A stretch of 64,000 nt of DNA, taken from contig NIVC01001012.1 of the NCBI GenBank assembly GCA_002269645.1, positions 1-64,000 on the forward strand, read 5' to 3'. A program made the translations under genes and the position numbers. The DNA is from Macrostomum lignano (taxonomy: Eukaryota). Numbering within the stretch: position 1 is the stretch's first letter; each line of letters starts with the position of its first letter. Of the stretch, positions 26,541 through 39,788 are shown piece by piece. The notes beneath the pieces were generated by a model that was not told the DNA's origin, did not search any database, and worked only from the letters and a program-made list of their open reading frames with translations.

Positions 26541-26825
26541 TTAGCATGGGGTTAGCCTAGAGCGTCAGACTCACGACTTGAAGATCGGGGGTTCGATTCC
26601 CAAACTCACTCGGAACAGTTTGTGTCCTTGAGCAAGACAGTTAACTCTGCATTGCTTCAGTTCACCCAGCTGTAAAATGGGTGCCAGCATTAGCTGGGGT
26701 AATTGAGGGTGTGTGGCGACCCTCCCCAGTCCTCGGACTGAACAGCCGTACGCAGCCTTGCAATAGCAACACCATAAGGGCAGGTGTAATCAGTTATTAG
26801 TTATTATAGTATTATTAGTATTAGT
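26541..26825 (+). mobile_element. tRNA-Met-derived CORE-like SINE, near full length
   Basis: A-box-like TAGCATGGGGTTAGC, B box GGTTCGATTCCC, CORE-like segment, TTA/TAG-rich tail. Confidence 0.85.
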
Positions 26826-26880
26826 TTGCGACCAGAAACAAAGAGAATCTGTTTCAGCATCTCGCGGCTCAACTCTTAGA

Positions 26881-29552
26881 TCATGGAAACTGTGAAGCGT
26901 GATCTTCAACGCTGTTTGACACACAATTCGAGTCACTGCTGTTTGCCTCTCGCCCTGCATCTACTGTCTCGAGCAAAAGGGAAGCATGATTCGGATTTTT
27001 GCATGGCGGTTTCTTTCTGCCCGTGCGAGTAGGCAAGTACAGAACTGCACCGATTGCAAGAGTCGCAAAAATTCCAAGAGAAATCCCCAAGACAAGAGGA
27101 AACTTGTTTCCTTTTCTTTCCAGATGGCCAACTTGGGATTTATCGCGGATAAACTTCAGAACTTCTTCGCTGCACTGTCCGTTGCAATCTTTGCGACTTG
27201 CCGGAGTCTCTGGAAAGCTGATGAGTGACAGCATCGGCTGGCTGCAATTGTCGAACTCAGCAACTACTTTGCCAGACGAATTCAGTCTTAGCGTGCCGCA
27301 GAGTCCTTGGTTGGAGCTGGCTCTGGAAATGCCATTGGTATACTACTGTCAGTAGCAATAAAAGGAAGCGAATCGTCTCGGTTTGGTCTAAAGTCCCACG
27401 ATGTCCCATTTGTCCCCATTTATCCCCTGATAACCTGACTACTCCTACATAGCTGGGGTGTCCCGTGTCTATAGTCAACTGATCGAACAAGTTATCCATT
27501 TCAGTTAGTTTAATCAGCTAGCAAGTCCACATTTCAACTTTTCAAGCAAGCTTAAGTTTGCATCTCCTCGAATGACAACTGAAGCTCAATGGTAGCAAAG
27601 GGCCTTTCAACTTAAGCTCATAAAGTGGAGCCCGAGTAACCTATGTGCACAAATGATATGTCGTTCTGCTCATAATGACACTAGGAAGCTGGGTTTGGCA
27701 AAAAAGCGACAAAATTGGACTTGGGATCGGGGAAAACAAGCAAGGGGATAATAGGGACTCTACTTTATGAGCTTAAGTTGACAAATTAGTCCTCACAGAA
27801 TGACATCATTTGTGTGAATAGGTTACTCGGGCTCCACTTTATGAGCTTAAGTTGACATAATAGTCCTCACAGAATGACATCATTTGTGTGAATAGGTTAC
27901 TCGGGCTCCACTTTATGAGCTTAAGTTGACATAATAGTCCTCACAGAATGACATCATTTGTGTGAATAGGTTACTCGGGCTCCACTTTATGAGCTTAAGT
28001 TGACATAATAGTCCTCACAGAATGACATCATTTGTGTGAATAGGTTACTCGGGCTCCACTTTATGAGCTTAAGTTGACATAATAGTCCTCACAGAATGAC
28101 ATCATTTGTGTGAATAGGTTACTCGGGCTCCACTTTATGAGCTTAAGTTGACAGCCCCTTTTGTTTTATATGAAGTCTATTTGTGTAATACCTGCTCTTC
28201 TAATCTCTTTAATGCAAGTAGCTATTTTAAACGTCTTGCTATAGTCACCTCCACTTGCTTACTACTTAAATGATTTTTGACGGTGTGGGAATTTTGAGCT
28301 TGCGATTTTAAATTGACATACGCACGTAAGTAATTAGCAAAACTCTCACAACTGGAATAGTTATAATAAAAAGTTCTCACATAAATTCCTTTGAATTGAG
28401 AACAGGCTGGAGCAGACAGTCGCTCACAGTTTTCGTCAAGTAGTACACGGAACTGTTGACTGGTCTGTGAAACAGTCCAAAACGGATTTTCTGGTTAAGG
28501 TTCAGCGGTCTGGTGAATGGATATTTCTTTTCTCTGGCTGCGTCTAAAATGGAAACAGATGAAATATTCAATCGGCCATGGTTCCAATCGGATAAGCGTG
28601 ATTGTATAAACATTTTTAGAATCATTTTTTCATACTGGCAGCAACGAACTCGCTGATCTCAGCCAGGCTTGAGAAGCTGGCCAGCTGAGCAGCGCCTCCG
28701 ATGCCGGAAATGAACGCTGGTAAACTCTGGTGGATGGCGCTGATTGCGTAGCAACTACCCCGAAAGCTGAGCATGTCACGGCTGCAGAATCCAGGTAGGG
28801 GAGTCAGCACCCTCAGCTTTGTGGTGCCTATTGAGGCGGCGCTTTTTGATATTGCAGAAACTGACTCGAAGGTTTGCCTGAAACAGAATCAATTTGATGA
28901 GGCGCTTAAGTATGCCACCAAGCATCATGAAATATCCTGTCAGCTTTTCAAAAGTGTATAATTACTTACGAGTTTGAAATTGTGAGCACCTCGAACAGAC
29001 CCTGTTTAACCGTCCGCAGGCTGCTTGAGATGATGACGTTGCACATTCCATCTGAATTCGAGAGACTAAAAGCGTAACTTTGCTAGATTAAAATAATTTT
29101 ACTTAAGTAATTACTTATCTAAGCAAAACTGTGACTTACTGTCGCTGCTGCCAGACCTATGCAGTTGGTACCGCATCTCCATGCCTGTTCCACTCTCTCC
29201 TGACAGTCCCTGCAACACCAGCCGCTTGGGAGCCGGCAGGCTTTTGAACGTCAGTCGCCAGTTGCACTGGTCAGGCATTCGTCCATCCACTGCGGATGCA
29301 ATCAGCCGCTCGTCCTGATGGCTGCGAGTCGTGAGATCGACTTCTAACTCGTAGCCATTCGGACAGAAATGATCGCCGGCTTTCGATCTGCAATACGGTA
29401 TTTATTTTGCAAGCTAAACTTTGAAACCTCAATAAATGGCCTTGTGTCTATACATTGTGCCCAAAATGTGTCTGATAGCATCTTACCGATTTTCCAGACA
29501 GATTATGCAAGCGAAAAAACAGTTGCAAGTTTATCCACTTGGAGAAGAACAT
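26881..29552 (-). CDS. CUB-like + C-type-lectin-like TM receptor, paralog B
   Basis: Exons ~29487-29552 (putative signal exon, needs a T6->T5 correction), 29140-29367, ~28979-29050, 28636-~28873, ~28380-28543 (YPFTRPLNLNQKIRFG), 26881-~27325 (GLCGTL...DNCSQP; TM LVLGISLGIFATLAIGAVLYL). Confidence 0.72.
27600..28158. mobile_element. MITE whose right TIR region is amplified as five 74-bp tandem units
   Basis: 27607-27644 (TCAACTTAAGCTCATAAAGTGGAGCCCGAGTAACCTAT) is the exact reverse complement of each unit in 27762-28152. The outer ends are GGGCC... and ...GCCCC. Confidence 0.85.
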
Positions 29553-31203
29553 CTGTAAAATGCGATTGTCAAGAATGCAAGGTTGGAAGCTTCTGTTGCT
29601 ATGGTAATCAGCTCAAAATGGCAGAACTTGTTATAAATGAAAATTTAAGGATCAATGGCTTACCATCGGCTTAAAGAGAAAGTTTTGCAATCGAACCTCT
29701 TGGTCTTACACAGTTATAATTTATTGATGGGTGTGAGCAACAGCGCAGCTTGACTCAAGGCTTTATAAAACTCGAAAAAGGTTTTGAGCTTTTTGTTTAG
29801 TCATTGTGCTTTTATATAGGGCTGGGGTAATAGTGGTAATGTGTGCATTCGAACTATAAATAGCTTCATCGTCATCTCCACACTCTTCTAATCTTATAAC
29901 CCAAGATAAAAAAATTAGACGGGTAAGCTTTTTTATCGCCTGAAAGATGTGCACTCTCTACTCTGCAGGCTTTGCCACTAAGCTGCATTTTTCAAGTGTA
30001 CATTTTTATAGGAATTCAAAGCTCCACAGAAAGAGAGACTGGACCTCATTTCTATAGCGAGTATGCTTAACCGGGCCGATTTATATCCAACATACACCGT
30101 ATAAAACTTTCTGACCATCTCGAGCTAGTCAGAGCCCGTGTTCTTGAGTTAATTTAGCTGCTATGGATTGCACTGCACTGGCTCATTTCTACACTGTTCG
30201 TTGTTCAGTGTTCTTGCCTTGCACTTGCGTTGGCGTTTTGCAACATATAAATTAGGCTTTTGTTTTAATAAAACACAAGATATACTCAATAACAGCTAAA
30301 GTTTTCGTTCTCGCAACGAAATTCTTGCAATGAAATTCTTGCAAGAAATCCTGCCCAGATTTTCTCAATTTTTTTCCAGCCACCAAATGTCCTTAATGCT
30401 AGTTTCAGAATCCTGCGCAGGAACTACAATCGAACATGCAAAAGTGCCGTTACTCGTTGCATCCTCTTAACCAGCCGCAGAACCGTCTGTCGTAAATGTC
30501 GCAAGATACGGGGCGCCTTTGTGAACTCTTAAATCCAAAAATGCTCGATTGGGGTTCATGTCTAGAGACTTAGTGAGAATTCTGCTCCCTCCTGCTCCCG
30601 CTCGATGTGGCGTAGCGCTATCATCTTAATTAAAGAATGCAGTTTTTCGTGGCAGAAACCGCTGCTGCAACAGCTTAGGTCTTCCCAGTCGCATTCTGCT
30701 CCAGAATGACAGGCTCTGTTTTGCCTTTGACGGTCACAGCCTTCACACGTTTCTGAATCACTGAGGGCAAGGACATGCAGAACTTTTATGCCGTTTGACA
30801 GCGTGAGTGAGCTATCAGTGTACTTGATATTAATTTAATCAGTTTATGCTGTCGGAATCGCTAATTTGATATTTACGATTAACCATGTAAGACATTTAAA
30901 TCCTGTCTAGTAAAATAAACTTATGTACCAGCAGTACAATGATCGCGCAAGAAAGCACCACTTATATTTGATACGAGCTAAAATACGAGTAACTCGCCAT
31001 AACACATTTCTAAAAACAATTTTTCGATTTTTTTGTTACAGAAGAATTATGTTCAAAAGCATTGTAATAACTACTGTAAAAATCATTTAGTCAACTGAGC
31101 AACACAGTACTTTTATATGTGGGATCAGTAGCTGAGACATTCGACATGATGAAAGTTGTTAACCACGATTATTTACATTATTGAATGAAATATTTGAATA
31201 TTG

Positions 31204-32920
31204 TCAGTCGAAAACAGAGTCTTCGCACATTTCATCCTCAATCAGAGTTTTAACCGTCGGATCGTTCGTGCTTCCTTGCTCACTGCTCAGAAACGACTCG
31301 GTTGTTTGACGCCTGCTTCGGTCTTGATTATTCTCTTCGGAAATCTTTAACGACCACTGCTTTTTCCGGTAAATTAAGCAACCAGTTATTGCTGATGCAA
31401 GGGCGAGAAGGACGAGAAGTATTATAACAAAGATAGCTAACCCTGGCGCACATCCAACTTTCCTGGCAATTAAGTCGTGCCAAAATTCCGAGGTTGGCGT
31501 AACAGAGCTAATGGTATCGTTTTTCTGAGACTTTGGAGCCGCGTTGAGAGATTTCAAGAGTTCGCTGACATGCTGGTCGTGCCTGAAGCTGCAGTTCTTG
31601 CAAAGGACAGGCGCTGACTCGGGAAAAGTCACCAGTGCTGGCAGCTTCTCGTTGCAGTCACCGAACTCGATCATTGCTCCGTATCTTTCATTCAACTCCA
31701 GATAGCCGCATTTGCCTCCAACTCTTTCGAGTCTGAAATTTATGAAAGTCAGATAAAAAGGGTCCTATGAAGAGAGTCATAGATTCAAAACTGGACTCAC
31801 GAAATTCTCTCTGGCCCGGGAATAAACTTCAGACCGCAGCCGCTCTCCTCTCTGACAATTGACACCACCGAGTTGTCAGGTTCTTTCAGAAACACACCGA
31901 TGCGAACTCTTTGCGTGAGATTGAGAGGCCGTTGGAATGGGTAAGTAGTCTTCCTGTCATTGTCTGCAGAGGGTATTGTTTTTTGGGTCACTTTAGCTTG
32001 TGCATCTAGACTTCTAATGTAAAAAAAGCTATCATTTGCATATTGCTGAACAAGCTACTAATAGTAGCATTAATACTTTAACAAGGATTACGTAGATATT
32101 GGTTAATTTAACCGTGGCCGTAATATTGGAAGTGTAAAACATTTGCCTAAAAGAAGTATTAGTGAATCCAACTGCACTCACTGGCAGCAATAAACTGTTT
32201 GATCTCTGCTGTGCTGTTAAAGTAGGCCAGCTGTGCCCCGCCAATGATGCTGCGCATTGAGACATCCAGCGTTTCCTTGACTGGGTTCACCGCATAGCAG
32301 TTGCCATGGAAACTAAGCATGTCCCGGCTGCAGAAACCGGCCAGTGGTGTCACGGCTCGAAAGACTATTGGCTTGTGACCTTTGATCTCCTCTGGTCTGC
32401 GGCTAAACGACACTGACAGGTAGGTGTTTCTGCAGAAAAATTTTAGACACGATCGTTACGGTTGTTTCGTTGTCAAATATTTTTCAAGTTTTTATTAGTT
32501 AATGTTACCGGTCTGTCAACGGCAATGCATAAAACAGTCCTCGCGTAACATTCTTGCGAGCACTAGCGGCAGCGCACTCTGTAGCAGTGTGAAGGCAGTA
32601 TAGGAAATGTGTCGGATTTACGCGCATAGGTAATAATTCGAGATAAAAAACCAGATTGATGTCACTAACTTCTTGTCGGATCGTGCAGCTCGTACTGCAG
32701 CTGATTCTCTGAGGAGTTGTTTGGCTCGGAGCCACCTGGAATTCCTTCGATCACGAGAGTCCGACTACCTGCCAGACTCGGCACCTTGAAGCGCCAGCTG
32801 CAGTGGCTCAGCTTGGAGTTCCTTAAATCGGCAACCAGCCGCTCGTCTTGATAGTCTCGGGCTGTTAGGTCGATGTCCAGCTGGGAGTCAAGCACGCATG
32901 GGTGATCGCCGGCCCGGCAA
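31204..32920 (-). CDS. CUB-like + C-type-lectin-like TM receptor, paralog C (first exon not identified)
   Basis: Exons ~32675-32920, ~32510-32585, ~32180-32430 (FCSRDMLSFHGNCYAV), ~31800-31965 (YPFQRPLNLTQRVRIG), 31204-~31735 (GKCGYL...GDCNEK; TM GLAIFVIILLVLLALASAITGCLIY). Phases match A, B and D. Confidence 0.75.
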
Positions 32921-33269
32921 CTGAAAATTGGTAAAAATCAGAGGTTAGTAGAGTTACGACAAAAACAGTCACAGCAGAATTTGGTGGTCTTTCTCGAGGC
33001 AAACATTAGTGAGGATGCCAACTTGCTTGAAACTAGAGTCTGACGTGTTGCTATCCAGATCCCCTTTAGTACCATTCCACTACAAACACCAGTTTTTCTT
33101 GGTTCACCTACCAGCAAAGCGGTCCACATAATGTACATATTAGTATTGTAGTGAGCCGTGTTTCTTGACAATACTCTATTATCCGCATGATGATTCTGTG
33201 GATAAAGTTAAAAACAGAGGATGGTAAATATGGAGATAATAGCGTAGGAGTTTGTTGAAGTTGGTGCAA

Positions 33270-33720
33270 GGTTTTACAGGTTAGGTGTAAGGTTTTATGG
33301 GCGGGTGTAGGGTTTAAAGGGGTGGGTGTAGTAGGGTTTTATGAGGTGGGTGTAGGGTTTTATGGGGTGGGTGTAGTAGGGTTTTATGAGGTGGGTGTAG
33401 GGTTTTATGGGGTGGGTGTAGTAAGGTTTTATGAGGTGGGTGTAGGGTTTTATGGGGTGGGTGTAGTAAGGTTTTATGAGGTGGGTGTAGGGTTTTATGG
33501 GGTGGGTGTAGTAAGGTTTTATGAGGTGGGTGTAGGGTTTTATGGGGTGGGTGTAGTAAGGTTTTATGAGGTGGGTGTAGGGTTTTATGGGGTGGGTGTA
33601 GTAAGGTTTTATGAGATGGGTGTAGGGTTTTATGAGGTGGGTGTAGTAGGGTTTTATGAGGTGGGTGTAGTAGGGTTTTATGAGATGGGTGTAGTAGGGT
33701 TTTATGAGATGGGTGATAGG
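33270..33720. repeat. G-rich minisatellite (alternating 21- and 24-bp units)
   Basis: GGGTGTAGGGTTTTATGGGGT / GGGTGTAGTAAGGTTTTATGAGGT units. Confidence 0.92.
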
Positions 33721-35030
33721 CTTTTTAAGGTCGGCGATTATTCTTGATCATGAATTTTGCAGTTTGAGATCGAGAGCCAAGCGCAGGGAGTGAAATGCTG
33801 AGTTCAAGCTTACCACTGCCAGTGACTATTTTACAAATGCAGCATCTTTCGTCGGTTTTTATGTAATTTCAGTCCCTCCAGCGTCATCTAGCTCTAAGCT
33901 ATCAAATGTTTTTTATTGAATTGAAGTTCCCTTTCGTAACTGTACGCTCTGGGAAAATCCACGGACTTGCCTCGGAAGATTGATATTTTGTGTACTTTCA
34001 ACAGCTACATTAGAAGTGTTTACCAAGTGTGTTTCGAATAGACTGAATATAGGGTAATTCCATGGAATTGTCGCAGAAATTGTGCATTTTTACACTAAAG
34101 TGAGTGCCTGAAGCGTACTTAAGCAAGGGACAGACAGAGTAATACTGTACAGTATTAGCTTTGCAGGCTTGTGTTCAAAAGACTCAAGAGAAAGAAACTT
34201 GCACCGAAAAATATAGAAGACAGGTGATACTCGTCAAGAACAAAAACTAAAGATATGCATTTAGAACAGTTTGTATTATAGCAGCAATCCGCTGTACGTG
34301 TTACAAATCTGAACTTTCAGTAATTATTACTGCAAAGTGCATTTTGTAAGGTCATCAAAACTTATTTTTTAACTTTGGTTCTTAATTAACATTAATTTTA
34401 ATGTGAAAAGTCAGCCACTGACTGCAGCAAATTTCAATAAAATTTCAGTTGACCCCAGGAAATCCACCGAAGTGAATTCATTCAGAGGTATCTACCGAGC
34501 AGTGGAGCTGGCTACCCCGCTTTAAGACTGCAGTGGAAGATGAAGTGCTCAGCGTTTCCACTGTTCAAGAAGCAAGAGCTTCTGTGATAGCCTAGAAAAC
34601 TGTACTCTACTCGTATTAGACAAGAATTAGCTCACAGCTAGAGGCAGAACGGTATGAAAAGAAGTTGGCCAGCGTACAAAAAACTCTGGGGAACTTTGGG
34701 CAGGAAGGTACAGCCTATTCCGACTGTCTATATAAACGTGAACGTGAAAAAATTACGTCTATACTTTCAGCTTCGACACTAGGCAATAAAACAACTTCAA
34801 CGAAAAGCAGCAGTAAAAGCAATTTGAGACTTTATCCTAATATATTTCGTACGCAGCTCTCTGCTATTAAGCTGAGTTAGTATCTTCAATTCTCTAATCT
34901 TCAATACGTTCGGCAGGGACGTCTATTGGGTTTAAAGTAAGTGTCTTTCTGTAGGATCTATCGTAAATAAGTACGAGTAGTTGCAGACACATATAATATC
35001 ATATTAGCGTATGATTCCAAAAAAATGTCG

Positions 35031-35610
35031 TCAAGACGCCCGAGGCCCCAATAGCAAACTCCAAACTAAAAACAGGACAGGCGTTAGCCCTGAGGCTGTG
35101 CCCAATCCTTGCCAGCAGTAGAAGAGCTCCGTGTGAGAGTGGCGTTTGCGATCTGCATCCGGCCGGAACCTTAGTCTTAGCCTTGTACTAAGCGAGTAGC
35201 TGCGATGGCGCCTCCGCGATCTTCGTTGAAGCGGAGGCAAAATATGACGCGGCGTTTCTTCCTTTAAGCCCCAATTTGTAAGTGAAATATGTCTCCGCAA
35301 GAAGCCATGGCCACTTAGTTTCAGTTCTCTTTTATCAGTTTTACTTAAAGAGACTAGGTATTTGGATACTTTCCGGTTTATAGCAGGCATCGCAGCTTGC
35401 GTTTGCCAATATTCGGAGCAGCTGTTTCAGTGCATCAGCCTGAATCAGTGCATCAGCCAATTGTTAATCGCCCGGTTGACGGATGACTTCGGGTCAGGTA
35501 GCTTAACCAAAGGGAGCGAACTATCCTGGGGTGCTGCTTCGTTTGACGAGTTGATTTACCAGCTCGTTGCCAAGGATGTCGCTATGGCCTGGTGTCCATG
35601 TATCACGTGA
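35031..35610 (-). mobile_element. Degenerate LINE remnant (RNase H end plus C-terminal region)
   Basis: Minus-strand WTPGHSDILGNELVNQLVK (RNase H motif) at ~35540-35600, then [10 protein letters not shown]...EETPRHIL; multiple stops. Confidence 0.65.
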
Positions 35611-35904
35611 ATTCTTTTTAGGATTGCTAGGCTTTGCATGCTTTGGAAACAGTCTGAAACTAACATAGTTGATAGCTATCAACTATAGAACAAGATCACT
35701 CACGATCGACTGAAGGTAAATTTTCTCAAGTGTCAAAAGGGGTCAAAGTAAATGGCTTGAAGATTCCTGTGTAGAAAGTTTTTGTTGTTAATTGTTTCAC
35801 CTGGGTCCAGGCAAAGTTCCTAGTTTAATTTAAGCTGCTACAAAATCAACCGCAGGTTCGATTGATTGCTAAAAGCTATACGCACGTAACACACAAAAAC
35901 GCGC

Positions 35905-37602
35905 ATGAGTTTGAGACGGATCAACTGGAAGCTGGCCGCGTACCTGCTGTTACTAACGGTTTCAGCCAGATACTCTGAGGGTCAGCCGGAGGGATTCTCT
36001 GAAGGAAGTCAGGAAGATGATTTTGATAGCGATGAAGAAGCTGATGAATCGTCTGATAGTTTAATGGAGCGGATCAAAAGCGAAAGTCAAGTATTAGATT
36101 CCTCAAGGACTGAACATTTTTTACAAGCCTTAGAAGGTGGCGACGCTTCGCGAACTCTTCATATCGTTCATTAGCAGCAGACAGAGCTAACAAGCCGTGT
36201 GCTGCAGGCTCAGTTGCAGCAGGCCAACGACGATGATAGTCTTGACAGGCTCGGAAAACTTTTAGACTTCAAATTCATGCTGAAGAAGTTGTATCGCTCA
36301 TCATCATCTGGTGAAGAGTTTGACAGTCATTCAGCTTCCATAAACCAATCCGCTGGTGCCACTGCTCGTCCATTCAACAGCTTATCTCTTGACAATTTTG
36401 GTGAAGCAGGACAAGCAAGCACGGCAACTGCACAACCTGCTTTTGGAGGGCACTCTGACAGCCTTCAAAGATCTTTCGAAGATCCAACGCATCAACTGGT
36501 CTGCGACTCCCCCTTCTCATCCAGCCGGAGTGAGGCACCAGACAAGAACCTAGTAGATGAATTCAGCAATTTAAAGGTTTCGCCACCCTTGGCAAAGCAA
36601 ACATCACAATCTGCTTCTCAGAAGCGTAAAACAAAGGCTAACCGAGAAAAGGAGTCGCCAAGGACACCGAGCTGTCTGAATTCTTTCGGCCGGCCAGTCG
36701 ATTGGTTTGTCACCATTAAAAAAAACTTAGGTTGGAAATACTTGTCCGTGACTGCAGCAGGTTGGGAGCAAGATATGAAGCTTTATAGGCCTAATAATGA
36801 CATTCGAAAAAGTGGGCCAGTTTTGAATACGCTGATGCAAGCTACTGCCAATGTCAGAAGGCCATCCCACATAATACTCGCATACAACGATCAATATCTT
36901 AATACCTCATCGCAACGCTACGCTCACGCCAAAGGAGTCGTGATGTTTGACACCTGTGAAAAACGAGGGTTCTGGATTGTTCACTCGATTCCAAAGTTTC
37001 CAGACTTAAGCACGTTATTTTTGGTATTTCCTTACAGCGCAAAAAGATATGCGCAAAGCTTCGGCTGCTCCACAATCAAAGACCGACAACAATTCAATTC
37101 TGTTTTACAACAGCTTCGGGTAATGAATGTGCCGATATACTACTCCAGGCCCACTTCCGATATTGTGCCACATCAGCCGGCGGAAAATCAAATTCCACAT
37201 CTCCCGTTAGTTTATCTTGGATCACTTGGCCAGGTTATTCATTTAACAAAAGCAAATAATTATAATTCCTGTATATATTGTGACCTATCTAACCATTTAC
37301 AAACAAACATGCTGACAGAAACATGGAGGACACAACAAAATCAAACTTATCATCACATCCAAAGCGATATTAAAGTGTTCGGAGTCGACTTTGCTAATGG
37401 CTTTCAGTACAGCGCTAATCAGGATCATTCGAAATGGAGCGTCAGTGACAACAGTTCGAAGCCTTGGCTTTGCATTGGGGACTTGAACCGACGCATTACA
37501 GATAGGGGAGGCGGCGTGCTGTGCTTTCAGAGCGAATTGGCGCAGCGACCTTTCTGCCGAGCAGCTCGAACTGCGAGCTCGCTTCCATTCAATTGCTATT
37601 GA
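35905..37602 (+). CDS. DNASE2: Secreted deoxyribonuclease II-like protein with a ~250-aa acidic/Ser-rich N-terminal extension; one in-frame TAG at 36172-36174
   Basis: Signal-like MSLRRINWKLAAYLLLLTVSARYSEG. DNase II motifs SCLNSFGRPVDWF, AHAKGV, FWIVHSIPKFP, DHSKW, CIGDLNR, RGGG. The ORFs 35905-36174 and 36199-37602 are in the same frame. The symbol is family-level only. Confidence 0.85.
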
Positions 37603-39060
37603 TCCAAAGAACTCAGGTAGCTATTGAACAAAGCTTTGATGATCACAATTTTTATTTAAGAACTGTTGAAATAATTGAACGAATCAACTCAACATTTTAG
37701 AATTTTATAGTTTTTTATTTTAACAAATATTATGCCAGTTTTATCACTCATCCATTGAAGTGTGCATAAGATATTCCATTCGATCAGTGATATTCGTTGA
37801 TATATCTTTTCTTCAGGCTATGCAGAATTCCTTCGTTTATCGTTCATTAGTGAACAAAAGGTTTAATATTTCCAGCATCTACTCCTTGTTACAATGTGAT
37901 ACATTCTTGCAGATGTGTCACATGATTTTCGATTATTGCGACCTCTCGATTCTTACGCACAGATAATTAAAGCACCTCGTAAAATATACATGTACTAGGT
38001 CATACTTATCTACTTTTTATCTCTAGGAAAAACGCGATGAAGTTGCAGGCATTCAATGTTGATGTGACAGAATTAGCCCCAGAGTTGCAGGTAGCTGGCA
38101 TACGACTAAAGTGCGTACGAGTGCTGAGGGTGCGGGCAACAGGCGGCACAGAGCGGGGCAGTGGGAACCCGATTAAAACTTGTGCAATTTCAGGTGCTCT
38201 ATAGGCATTTGGAACTTCTTAAAAACACTTTGAAAGCGCGTAAAGCATCTTAAATGCTCCTTGGAAGCGACTGAAACGACTCTGACATCTGGTATAATGA
38301 TTTCAGCAGAGGAATTTTTAAGACGTTTATATATGCCGAACTTTCTCCTGTTAGAAGAAATACACCGAGAAAGCGCCTGATCGTCGCTTATTACGAAGCA
38401 AGCTGTCTTTCTAACAATCCTTGCTGGTTCTATCTTTGCTGATATTGGTTCCGACAATGTAGATTATAAATAAAACCAGAGGGCCTCTCAACGACTGAAA
38501 TGTGTCTGATTAGCGCCACGAATTTTTAGGCTTAGTGACTCTGTAGCGACTTAAATCCGACTGAACCGCATAAAATCCCATATAATCTAATCTATAAAGT
38601 CTACTATGTTATCTGTAGTAAGACGCTTCTTAGACGCTTATAAGGCGGTTTGTTCAGACGTTGCGGAGTTGTTACTTAGAAAGGCCTCCAACGTCTGAGC
38701 ATTTCTATATTCCCTTTTCATCACGGAAATGCAGCTACGACCTTAAGGCAGAGAGGCAAAAGACTCCGCGCGATTGAGCTTCTTGATATCCGGGTTTTTG
38801 GCTTTCTACAAAGCCGCTGTCCTGGGTCTTCAGCCATGTTCCTGTCGTCTCTAGTACTCTTTTTGACTGGTAGTCAATGAGTTCCGCATTGACAATTTCG
38901 TTGGTGACGTCGAAATCGGCTATGGAGAGCTTCCAGGAGACTTCTATAGCTTGTATTACGTGTTTTTAAACAATCGATTGCGGCTAAAATTTTGGCGCGT
39001 AAATTATCTTTGTTGCTACAAAGCTTATTCAACCGTACATGTATTACTACCTGTAGTAGT

Positions 39061-39358
39061 CAGTGGCGTGCACAGGGAGCCGAGGAAGCGCCCCTACTCA
39101 TCGCCGGCCAAAAATTGGGTCTCCTTAAAACAATTTAAAGAGGTTATCAAGCTTGATGAGTGACAGGGGCACCCATCAAGAGACAGGGGCGCCCACCAAG
39201 AGACAGGAGGCGCCCACCAAGAGACAGGGGGAGCCCACCAAATGACGGAGGCGCCAACCAAGAGACAGGAGTGCCTACCAGCAGCGCCCTGAAGACACCC
39301 AGTATTGGCGCCCTACGGGTTGAGCCACCACCAATAGATATTCCTACGTACTTCACTG
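39061..39358. mobile_element. Possible degenerate hAT-like MITE with internal ~20-bp repeats
   Basis: CAGTGGCGTG... and ...CTTCACTG imperfect TIR (~12/18); internal CCAAGAGACAGG repeats; no TSD found. Confidence 0.3.
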
Positions 39359-39638
39359 CTTTTAATTTACTAAATTAGGATCGTCTTACACAAACGATTT
39401 GACTTATAATTATTGAAATTGGAAGCAAGCATCTAAAATTGGCGATCAATATAACTCTTTTAAACTAAATTTGCCTTCCTCTCGCGTCTTTACTTTGCGG
39501 TATGAAAAAACACTAGCCAATCAATACTCATATTTGGACCGCTGTGCTAGAATTAGTAGAATACTAAGAGTTGAATGCTGAAAAATTTCTATTGACTGTG
39601 ACAAAACAAAACCTATTATTCTCTGCCGAGAGAAAGGG

Positions 39639-39648
39639 TATATATAAA
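39639..39648 (+). promoter_or_regulatory. TATA box of the WSC gene
   Basis: TATATATAAA ~140 nt upstream of the ATG at 39789; AATAAA at ~40592 after the stop. Confidence 0.55.
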
Positions 39649-39788
39649 GGCTGCTCCGATGCCATTTTAGCTGGCTAGATTCCCTAGGCAGATGATATAG
39701 GACTTCGGTAGGGAGAGCAGTTTGATTCTAACTATCGATTAAACCCAGAACTAAGCCACTGAAACTATTATAACTGGAACCGAGCCAT

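Noticed and set aside
27762-28152. CRISPR-like regular array
   Set aside because: No unique spacers; the units are identical tandem repeats in a eukaryotic intron.
30690-30770. KAVTVKGKTEPV, resembling a nucleotide cyclase C-terminus
   Set aside because: Isolated 28-codon frame downstream of a stop, with no other cyclase motifs.
38173-38950. Possible hAT transposase remnant
   Set aside because: Fragmentary similarity across broken frames; no conserved dimerisation motif.
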